Virus record (IMG/VR): IMGVR_UViG_3300033182_001489
Span: 1-61,851 of that record
Source of the DNA: a virus
Lineage: Duplodnaviria > Caudoviricetes
DNA length: 61,851 nt
Reading direction: 5' to 3' (one strand)
Shown here: one piece after another, positions 24,201 to 36,200 of the stretch
Numbering within the stretch: the first letter of the stretch is position 1
Layout of the letters: each line of letters starts with the position of its first letter
Notes under the pieces: model-generated
What the model was told of the DNA's origin: nothing
Databases searched by the model: none
The model's input: the letters and a program-made list of their open reading frames with translations, nothing else
Program-made: the position numbers and the translations under genes

Positions 24201-27200
24201 TCTACATCAACTAATTTGCTAATCAAATCTGGGCTCAATGTTTGCCCAGCAAGCTTTCCACTAAAACTCTTTTGCAACATTTCTCTCTCGAGATTAACCT
24301 GAAGCATTTGCTTCCAAGCTTCAAGCTGGTCTTCATTGTAGTACTTAAATGAATCGATAATACTCTTCAAGCTATTGTCATGCGCAACCAAAGTTTTCCA
24401 TTGGTCTGGATCCTTCATTACTTGATTAACCACATCTAAAGAGGAGAGGCCTTCCATTCCTCCAGCAGTAACAAGCGATTTAGCTAAATCTTTAAAATGC
24501 GTGCCTAGCAATTTTTGATTGGTCATTTTGAATTTGTAAAACTTATCAGTGTCATTTAGATCTTGATAATACTGATAATTTGCCTTTAAGTTATCAAACA
24601 GGACCTTGGCTCGCTCAGACTCATACTTAGAAGAATTTGGATTAGTCATGATATTTTCATACATAGCTAATTGCTCTTTAAGTCTTTGTTGTAGTAGTTT
24701 TGGATCCGATAAGTCTTCTAAACCCAAGTTTTTCTTTAAAAATTCTGGAGAATCTTCTCGCATATGTTGAAGCAAAAGCCTGCTAGCAAGGTCCTCGCCT
24801 TCATCTTGTAATAATCCAGGAGACTTTATAGAATCAATAAGAAGTTCTTTTGGTGGCAAGGGGTACGATTTTTTGGAATCATATTTAGAAATCATTGCTT
24901 GAGTTTCTTTCCACCGAATCTGCTCATCTAAAGTCATTCCCTCGAGCGCGCTACTCTTAAACTCTGGATTCTCAATCAGTTGATCTAACTTTTGTAAACC
25001 TTCTCCGCTTCTGGAAATTCTAGAAGATATATCTGGGGACTTAACGTCTGAATTCTCCAAGGCTAATACTTCGTCAGAAGTTTTAATATCTAATCGCTTT
25101 GCAAGGTCAGGATCTTCTTTCATTACGCCATACAACCTTCTATCAGCTTCGGACTTATCAATTTCTCCATCCTTAAAAGCTCTAAATATTTCTTTTAATT
25201 CCGCCTGAGATTTAATTTGTTTAGTGACAGTTAATTCATTTGCTGCAGAAGCATTTTTCGAATCCTCAAGGCTTAATGGACCAACTTCTCTAGCATAAGT
25301 TTCAATAATATTATCTGCGTCTATTTTATTTCCCCTCGCATCATATAAAACCATTTCATTAGGCTGCTTGATTTCAGTTTTGTTACCAAACTCATCTACC
25401 TCTAAAATAGGTTTCCCAGTGGCAGCATCAATCACTTCATAAGCTCCCAGTTTTTTAGGAGATGGTTTCATGAAAGCTTTTTGCCCTTTTTGCTTAAGGG
25501 AGTCTAGGTAACCTGAGATTTTTTGCCCTAAAGTCTTGGGTACAGTTTCCGCCCTAGCAGAACCAATTCTATCAAGAGCTGAAGCAGGAGTTACTCCAAT
25601 ATTAACTTTGGCAGGCTCCTCAAAATCAACAGGTTCGACTGATTTTGGCTGACTTACCTGTGCTTGTTGTTTTGCAAGTTTTGCCATTTTTTGCAGTGGA
25701 TGTTCATCTGCTTGCAAGCCCTTTCCTTGAGCAACGTCAGCAAGAGCTCGAGCATTATATTGCCTATTCATTTCCATCTGTACCTGAGCTTCAGTATCCG
25801 TAAATCCAGCAAAATTTGCAGCCCTAGCTTTAATTGTATCCATTAAACCCATTTCTCTGTAAACTGGGTCGTTATAAACAATTCGCTCAGTACCATCTAT
25901 AATTGATCGAGTTCTATTAAGACCCCTATCGATTTCTTCTTGCTGTATTTTGCGAACTCTCTCTGCCTCAATTTGTTTCTGAATTTTTTCCTGCTCTGCT
26001 TTGTATTTCTTTTCTGCAGCTTCCTTCTCTTTCCTAAATTGTTTTTCAGCCTTCTCCTTGGCTTTTTGAGATTTTTGTTCTTCCTTTGCTTTTTGAGCTC
26101 GCTCTCTTGCCTCAGCAATTTCCCGATCTCTTTCAGCTTGCAATCTTTCAAGCTCAGCCTGCTCGGTTTCCCGCCTTTTATTTCGAAGATAAGCGGCGGC
26201 CTGCTGTTTCCTTCTTTGTCTTTCTATAAAATCTCTTGCTTTTTCAGTAGTCCTTTCGAATAAACTTTTTGCTGGAACACTATCATCTTTTGCAGAAGAT
26301 AAAAATTCATCATTTGAAAAAGCATCTACAGCTTTCTGCTGCTCAGCAACATCATCACTATCAAACATTCTTGCAACATTTATTCTCTCCCTGATTCCAG
26401 TACCATACTCCCTAGCTCTTTCACCCATATTTCCAATCAACTCCTTAGCTCCAGAAACTGAAGCCCAGCTTGGTACCCAATTTTCCAAACCTCGCAAATT
26501 CAACATATCTGAAATTTTAAATTTAGGCATTTTTATTTTGAAGCCCCTGCCTTTTTTCTTTTGTTTTGCATCAAACGCGGCATCAGACTCGGCTTTAGCT
26601 TTTGCCTGCGCTTCAAGCTGGAGGTCTTTTTCGGTCATAATTTCTTTTGGTCCGAAAGTATCAAGATGCATCAGTCCCTTATTGCCCTGATTATAATCAA
26701 GCGTGCGGATTTTTTCTGTAGCTACTAAACCTTCTTCGGTCATTTCGGCAGGCAAAAGTGCATCGAAACCAAATTGTACTCGACTACCTAATCCCCCCTG
26801 CAATTGAGCCCTTGCAGCAGCGCCAGTATCCAGAAGCCTAGGTGCAACATCTTCCATTATGCGTTCACCACCATCACCAACAACATCACTAAAATGAAGA
26901 CCATAAATTCTGAATCTATCAGTCAGAATTTTATTCATCTCTAAGGCAGCAGTATCGTCTCTTGATAAAAATGCCCTTAACTTATCTCCCTTCTTGGTTC
27001 CTACTTCATTAAGCCTGTCGATAATTTGTTGTTTATATGAATTAATTTTTTCAACCCTTCTATTGGTCTGCCCACCAGAACCCTCTTTTAAAGGATTTTT
27101 TTCAATTTCATCCATTGCAAACGTTAGGTCGTCCACTATTTTTCTAAAACTTGAAACCGCAGAATCTCCTTTAGCAAAATTTGGTACAAAAGCTGCCGCG

Positions 27201-30200
27201 CGACCAACAGAATCCATTCCAAAATTTAAAGAAGATTTTTTTGCTATAGTCTCAATACCCTTTGTGCCAAAAGCTTTATCTTTTGGAGTCACTCCGTGAA
27301 TCGATCTAATTTTTGAAATATAACTTTGAGGCGATACAGCACCTTCATCTAATTTATTTGTTACAACAGCTCCTTGATACTTTACTCCATTAAAACTATC
27401 GTTTTGTTTTGGAATAGTTAATTGAATTTCATTCAAAGGATTAGCAATCCCTTTACCTTCTAAAGCCTTTACCTCTCTAAATATTGCAGAGGTTGCTCCA
27501 GGATAAAATCCAGCAACTCTTAGAGCTGCGCCGCCAGTAAAAGTCTTACCTTCGTATTGAGAAAAACCTCTGCTTTGCAGATAGCCGTCGCCAGCAGTTG
27601 CCTGCAATATGCCTCCAACTGATTGCCTTGCAGATTGAATAGTACTGATTTGTGTAGAAGGATTTAGAAGCTGATTCCTCAAACGGTCTTCGGAAGCAAA
27701 ATTAGGAACAAATCCGCCAGCAGCAGTAGACCCTGCGCGACTACCATTTGTGTTTATTGCAACAGATCCAGCATTAACATTTGTAGAGCCTGAAGCGCTC
27801 ACCGTTAAACCTTTGGTTACAATACTTTGAGCTTTTTCTTTATTGTCTTTTGTTTTGGCTTCGCTTTTCTTCCGCTCTTCTTTTTTGACCTCATCTTTGC
27901 CTTTAAGCGCGCTTAATTGATCTAGTATTGCTGGAAGAGATTCAAATTTAGACAAACTAATTTTCATGTCTGAAATATTTTGATCAATAGAAATCAAGTG
28001 TTTTAATTCTACAGGTTCTTTACTTAATTCATCTGCAATCGCATTTAAAGAATCAAATCCTAAAGTGTCAAGATTTATACCCAAATCTTCTAGATCAATT
28101 CCCAATTCTTTAGCAGTACTCTCAATTGTATCCCTTTGAAGTAGTTCGGGATCCATAGAGGTCTTTAGCATTTCGGCTTCTTGCCTCTGCAAACCTTTAA
28201 TCATATAAGCCATCATATCCTTTTGGCCCTTAGAGTAGTCTTCTTGCACTAGAGCATTCTGCATAACTGCGATTAAGTCCTGCAAGTTGGGACCTCCTTG
28301 ACCATTTTGAACACTAGCGAGAAAGCTCTTATCGACCCCATCCTTGTCCTCCATTTTTACCCCCATGCCCATCAAAATTCTTTGCACATTACCTATTGCC
28401 TGAGCGGTGCCAGCCTCTTGCCGCATTTGCCTGGAAATCTGATCTTCACCAAAAAGAGGTTGCAAAATATTTAACATATCAGTAGTAGTTCTTGCTTGAA
28501 TATCCTTATCTAGGGAAGTTCGTGGCTCAAACTTACTTGCAAACCCAAAGTCTTGAAATATCTTCCCCTCTCTATCCATGTTCAATTGACTATTTCTTAA
28601 TGCAATCCTAGAGGCCATAGTTTCCTGGCGTTGAGCAATTTTATTCTGCATCTTTAATAACTCTATCTGATTACTTGACTTTTGATTTAATTGTACTACG
28701 CTATCCAGCAACTCCTGCTCTTCTTTTGTCCTATTCTCGGGAGCGTTATTAGCAATTGAATCAATAATTTGATCTGCAAAAAATCTAGGGTCAGAATCAT
28801 CAAACTTACTACCAGAGTTATACATATTTGACAAAATCTCTCCCATCGCTCCAGAGAAAACAGAACCATCCTTACCCTCAACCTCATCAATATTCATACT
28901 CTTAGCAAACTCTCTAACAAATTCAGTCACCTCAAATTCGGTTGCCGCAGCAGTTTGGGAGTTGATTCGAGCAATATCAAAATTCATTTTTTCATTATCT
29001 GCCTCTGCAGCGGTAATAACATTCAAGCCTTTAAGTATGCTTAATTCTGATTCAAGTTGTTTTTCTGCTATATTAAATGCTCGATCAATATTTTTATTGA
29101 GCTCTGCAACGCTTCTTGAGGTTGCTCTTGCAAGATTGACAATCGCTGATTTTAAATTGCCTAGAGATTTTGTAGTTTCCCCAACGGCCTCTGCGGCCTC
29201 TAGAGATTGTTTCCTTAACCTTGCCTGCTCCAATATTCCTTGCGTATAATCAACAACTACGTCATCAGGAACATTTTCTATAATACTTTGAAAACCTTTT
29301 CGAGATTCTTCATCTAAAGTTGCTGCATATTTTCTTAATGTATCTTTAATATCTCTAGGGGAATCCTTTAAATAATCAATTTCATTTGTAATTGTATTTA
29401 CTAAGTTATCAACTTGATCTTCTGCCAAATCTAAAGAACGAACAGTATCATTGCCAGCAATTTTAGCTTTTCTCTTGCCCTCTTCACCCATTTCTCCCTT
29501 AAAATCTTCTCCAAAAGGGTTCGGAATTCTAGAAGGTCCAAAAGGAATACTACCAACACTACCTCTATCTTCTTCTAACTTTGTAAGATCAAGCTGCACC
29601 TTATCTAGAGAGTTTAATTTTTGAGCTCTTTCTGAGAATCTCTCAAGCGAGTCAGACATTTTTTCAATATCTCCATTTGCCGCAACTAAATCATCTCTTA
29701 ATTCTTGAGCCGCGGAAGAGCCTTGGGGAAAATCTTCTATTTGCTTTTGCAGCAGTTCTATTGATTTTTGCACAGCGCTAACATTGCCGTTTTCCAGTGC
29801 ATTGTTTAATCTTGTTTGAGCTTGGATAACTCCAGAAGCACTATCAATAACCTTTTGATTATAATTAATGTTTTCTTCTAAAATTTTACCATGAGCTTGC
29901 AAGCTTTTTGAGTAATGATCTAAAGTACCATTTGTTGCACCAACTGCAGCAGCAAGAGCGATCCACCTTTTCTTATTAGTAATCATTGAGGTAATCGCAG
30001 CGATCTGCGTAGCGTCTTGCAGTCCATCTGCAAGGTAACCACTAGCTTCTCCAGTTGACCCCTCGAAGCCGCCTAAAAGCATAGGAGCAAACATAATGCT
30101 ATTTTGAAACATTCCTCCTCCACTGCTTGGAACATCAATGCCCTTACCAGCCTTCGAACCCCCTCTTCCAAAAACTTTACTTATACCCCTACCAATTGCG

Positions 30201-33200
30201 CCGCCGACAAAATTGGGAACATAGCCATTAGCCATTAACCCGTGAAATTCTGGATTTTTGCCCTGAGCAACTGCTCTATTTATTCCTTGATCTATACCAG
30301 CGGGTTCATCATAAGTATTAATTACGCCCAAACCTGCTGGATTATGCTCATTAATTAAGCGATTGCTTTGGGCAACTCTAATTTTTGAAAATGGTATTCC
30401 CGCCTGATGTTCTCTTTGTATAGCCTTACCTAATGCGTCAGTAGTTTTTTTAGATGCTGCTTTTTTATTTATTTCATAATTTGGAACAAAGCCTCCGTAC
30501 ATATTCTCATCGAAATACTGCTTTTCTTGCGCGCCCGAACGAACTCCAGGATAAACAGGAATGCTTTGATGCTCCTGAGTGCTTATATTTTTTTCCTGAT
30601 CTTTGCCTGCTTTTTTTGTAATTTTTCCCCTAATAGAATTAGCGGCAGCAGCTCCAGCAAATCTTTGCAAAGTTGCATCCTTATTCTTTTTTGCTAAATC
30701 TTTATCATATCTATTAAAATCATCTTTATCCTTTGCCACTTGGCCAGACAGCATTCCTTGGTAATCTAATTCTTTTAAAATTTTATCAGCCATGCTAATT
30801 TTAATATCACCAGATTCAGCATTAGCTTTAAAATCCCCCACAAATCCATGGGCAGGAGGCCATGCAAAAAACTTTCTTAATTGCTCAGAAGGTCCTCGTA
30901 CATCAAAATCCCCACCGCCTGCGTTCACAGGAACATTGCCAAAAGCTGTATTTGCTGCAGCCTCAAAAGCATTTCCAGCCATTGCAGTAATAGAGCCCTT
31001 ATTGAAACTTTTTTCAACTTGTCGATTAATTACAGAGGGTGAAGACATGCGAATCTCTGATTCTCCAAAAGCTTTAATAAAATTTTCGGCATGTCCGAAT
31101 ACCACAGTTTTAACATCTCGCTCTACAGAATCAGCAATTTTTGCAATATCATCTACAGTTCCAGGTAAACCAGGATTTATACCTTTTGTATTCCAACCAA
31201 CCTTAAATTGGCTTTGATATTTTTTAGCATACGGTCCAGAACCCCTTACTGTTGCATCGGTTTTGCTGCCACTATTTCTCTGAGGAAATAAAAGTGAATA
31301 AGCAAAAGTCGTAAAAGGAGTCAGGTCAATAATATTATCTTTATCTTTTTGATAAGGTTTATCTTTCTGCCTACCAGCCTTCCCGCCCGCTCCAGCAAAA
31401 TTAGGAATAAATCCATCATTAAAAATTTGCATAACCTCATGTTCGCGAGAGCTGATTTGTTGTGTTTTGTTTTGATTCCATCCAATATCAGACTGAGGAA
31501 CAATTGACTGCATAGATTTGTCGTAAAAATCATACTCTTTTCTGCCATACTTTATTCTATTAAACTGCATAAGGGCAGGATCATTCCTTCTTCCACTGAC
31601 ATTTAAAAACAATCCTCCGACTTGCTCAGCCCATTTTTGTATTTGGCCTGAAGCCATGGCTTTTTTAAATTTTTCTACCTCAGGATATATACCTTTTTTT
31701 GGATTAGCTCCTCGATTTAATAACTTAAGAATCTTCTTTTTATTAAATACGTTTTTCTCTGGAACCTGAGTAGAAAGTATGTTATCTTTTGCAGGTTTAT
31801 TTAATCCTCCTCCAGCAAATTCTTTAGCTATTGTTTGTGAGGTACTGAATGATGTAGCTCCAGAAGGCGCAACGTTGTCTAGCTCTCCAATGTCTCTGCG
31901 TCCAGAAAGCGGTCCACTAACATGAGACTTTACAAAATTTTGAATAATATTAATTACATCTTGAGGAGTTTTAGCTCCTTTAAAGCTTGGCATGTTTCTG
32001 CCAATATTAGGCCTATCTATAGTTGGATTCTTTTGTCCCCTATACAGAGTTAAATTTGCATAATTTGGTACAATACCTTCGCTTATATTTTCAAGCTGTC
32101 GAACCTCAAATGGATTTATATCATATCCATAACCCTTTGACAAATCAGGGAAATCTGCCTTGAGTTTTTCTTGTACGTATTTACTTAAAGATCTAAATTC
32201 CCTTGAATTAAAAAACTGCCTAAAGTCTTCTTTTTGTTGTTTTGTTGTTGCTCTAAACAAACCATCTGCCCTAGATGCAGACTTCAATCGTGTATTTATT
32301 ACCCCACCCCTAGCTCCCATAGACATAAGGTTAAACTCTGAAAGAGCTCTGCTAATTTCGGCAAATTCTTCGTTGGAATAATTTTTTATTTTTGATTTTC
32401 TTAATGTATTAGGAGAATACTTTCTAAAAATTGCGAAATTAGGAAGTGCTCCATATGCCATCTGAGGAGGAGAAGGTTCCGCCATTGGAGTGGTTCCACT
32501 CGCAAATGAATTAATCATACTTGCAAATTCTCTAGCCCTTTCCTTTCCAACTGTCGTATCCCTTGGGGGTAGAACCATGCCCCCATCAGGAGCGGATGGC
32601 AAATTAAAAGCTCTCTGAACATCTTTGCCAGTTTCAAAAAACTTTTCTTTATTGTTTACAACAACTTTTCTTTTTTGCCCTTTAATTTCTAAATTTTTAA
32701 CAGAAGTATCTTCGTAACCCACGGGCTCGTTATATAAACTTGAAGCATTGGAAGCTTCAGCCATTCTTTCATTTAAAAAATTGTAATTAGGAACATATCC
32801 TCCATATAAAATCTTAACGCTTTGAGGGGATTGCTTATGAAGCTTTCGTAATGATTTTAACTCTTCTGCATTATAACCTTTTTTAATTAACAAATCTAAA
32901 TCTGATTTATATTCAATAGGGTTTTTAATATAGCTTTCAAGAAACATTTTATCATAAATTGTTTTTGATTTTATTGTTTTTATTTTTGATTTTTGTTTCT
33001 TAAGTATGTTTTGCGCGGCAGCCCTCTCACCTCGAGTTCCGCCTCTTTTTGCCAACTCTTGTATAGCTCGGACGTTTACAAAATTAGGAATAAATCCTTC
33101 TGAAAAACCCATGGCGCCCTGAGACCTTTTCCACTCATTCACCAAATCATTCATTTTATCTTGCTTGATAAACAACTTACTTTCAGCATCCGTTATATTA

Positions 33201-36200
33201 ATACTCATTCTTTCATCCCCAGGCATAGGTCTTGGACTTGTTATTCCAGTTCCATAAAAACCTCTTATTGTACTCTTGCTCGCGTTACCAGATTTTATTT
33301 TGTCGTAATCATCCCAATAGCTTTTCTTGTAAGAACCAGCGTCTTTATTAACTACATCTCTTAACTTATTTAGTTGGTACGGCGGCAACTTTTTATTTGC
33401 CTCAATCCATTTAATGAAGGCTTGCATTTCTGAAGATTTTCCAGAAAATTTCGTATACCAATCCTTGCCACCTTCAGGTTTATACCTAAAATCTCTCTTT
33501 GCATTAAGACCTCGCTGAAATTTTCCATAGTTAGGGATCATCCCTGCGGCCATTTTGTCAATCATATTAAAAATTTTGCCATCAGATTTTGCAGAAGTTA
33601 CTCGAGTTGTAAGATCGGTAATTAAAAATCTATTTCCCAATTCGTTTGAACCTAAGATTTGTCGAAATTCTTTTCTGTCCATTTGGTTTACGTGATTTCT
33701 TAAATCACTCAAATCCTTAAATTTATATTGCTGCATTGATGACTCATTTATTAACCTACCCGAAGTTATCATATCTTCTTGCATTCTGTATTTTAATTGA
33801 GGGTAAGCATAAACTAAATCTTGAAAATTTGTTTGAGAACCCTGCATAAAAGCTCTTTGTTGCTTTATAGTGTCTGAAGTATACTCGCCGCCTTGTTTCA
33901 TAAACTTCGATTGTCTGGCTGCTGAAAATATTTTAAACGCATCACCTTTTGAAAAAGATTGCATCCATTCGATATTCCTAGTATTCGGACCTGTCTTAGC
34001 GTAAGTCATGGACGAAAAACCTTCAGAATCTTCAAGCCTTCTAGTTTTTAAGCCATTCATTATTCCATTATTAACGTCTCTTATTTTAAAATTCGGAATA
34101 AAACCATCGGCAAAACCTCTTTTTCTTCCTGGAGTTGCTTTTGTTTTTTGATCTGATAGTTTCTTATCTATAAATTTTTGCCCACCTCGATCCTTAATTA
34201 ATTTTGAAGCAAAACTTCCTATATTCTTATTATTTGTAGAATTTTTTGCATCGAATTTTTTACCGACAGAACCTTCCAGCCCAAACACATCCCCAGCTAA
34301 TCTTTGACTAATTGACGGAAAGTCCCATCTATCAGTTCCACCTTTTTGTTTTTGTACGGCGCCTTGTATGTAATTTAAAGTAGCCTCAAATAGTCTTCCT
34401 GAAACTTGGGGAGCGGCAGATTTATCAAGATAATCGCTAAGCGGGCCTGCTGGAGATATTTTCTTTTTTCCTCCAAGAACTCTTTGTCCAATATTTTTAA
34501 GTGCTACTCGAGTTTCCTGATCAACAATTTCATCAAAAGATCCAGATTTACCTTCAATTTTACCAACTGCAACTCCTGACAATGAAATTTTCTTACCCTT
34601 CATGCCCTTGGGAATACCCGAAGGAAAAACATACCTTGCAGGTACATCAAATTTTTCAGAACTTGAAGAGCTTCCTTTTTGAGGCAAAAGAACTCCAGCT
34701 CCGCCAGCCCGAAGGTTAATAGAGCCTTTTGCATAATTTGGAAGATAACCCATTCCAGCAACCCCCTCTATTCCTGTTTGCGCAGCAGAGCCAACTCTTT
34801 CAGCGCCGATTGGAGCGCCAAATCGACTCACCATATCTCTATTCAAAATTGCAGAAGCGCCAGTTCCCATGAAATTTTTAACCATTAATTCGTCAGTATT
34901 CGCAACGACATTTTGCTTTTTAGTTTTTGAAGATTGAAAATTCTCAATTAATACTGGTTCTGCGCTTTTTCGGGCACCACCTACTCCACGCTTAATACTC
35001 TTTTCCTCTTTATTAAAAGCGGGAATGTATCCTTTTGCAAGACCAAGGTCAGCTTTCCCCTTCGCACTTCTTGCACCTCTTCCCGCGGGCACAAAAGCGC
35101 CCATAGGACTAACGGCAATATTCGCTAACGCAGACGACGCAGCGATTTTTTTTAAGAGCGCGTCTTGCGCGATTCGTTCCGTCGTTTGCCTTTTCATGAC
35201 AGCGAGTATTTCTTTTTCTTTTTGCGTTTGCGACATGGAGCCGCTTAAAATTTTCTTACGAACGCCTTCTTCGCTCATTAAAATTTGCAGAATTGCTGCT
35301 TGTAGGCCTTCCTGCCTTTTTGTTTCGCTATTGATTGCAAAAATAGATTTTAATGCTCCTACGCCTTGCTTAGCTATAAATGCAAATAATTTAATAAATG
35401 CTCCACCTATTAATATCATTCCTGGCCCACTAATGAATGAACCAATACCTTTTAGTAATGTCTTTCCGATATTAAATCCTTCGCTCTCTCCAAGTAAATT
35501 ATTAATTCCATCAGTAAAGCCTTTTAAAACCCCTAGTATTTTTTCAATTCCAGGCCCAAGAGTTAGCTCGCCTATTGAAGAAGCCATCTCTTTAATTGAA
35601 AGCCCCGTCTGAACAAGCAGGGCAGACATTGTTTTATTTAATTCTTCATTCCTTCGAATAGCTTCATCAGTTGTATTATTAGCCGTACTTAGAGCCTGGC
35701 CATATATACTATATTCATTATTTAAATCTTTAATTAAAGCTTTTAAATTATTAACTTGAAAAACTCCAGCGATCATTTCATCAGTACTCGCTCTTTGGGC
35801 ATCACTTAATTTATCATATACTGCCGCATAGTCTTGCAAAACTGCCATGGAGGATCGAAATGCTCCTGATACGTCCGTAGTGGCAACACCCACTCCTTCT
35901 AAAGCTTCCCTCACACTAGATCGCTGAAGCCTCGTAAATATACTTTTAAATGAGTTTCCTATAACTGCTCCGCCACGAGCCGTTTGCTGTTGAACGCTAG
36001 TTACTGCCGCAAGCAATTCATTAAAACTGACTTTTGCGCCTTGCGCAGTTGCGCCTGCTCGCGCCAAACCGTCAGCAAGATCCTTTGATGATACAGCGAA
36101 GGCAGCGTCAACATTTGCAAGACGATTAACAATATCGGTGGATGTCAATGCGGCATCACTAAAACCATTGATTGCTGCGGTCAGCGAGGCGACAGAATCT

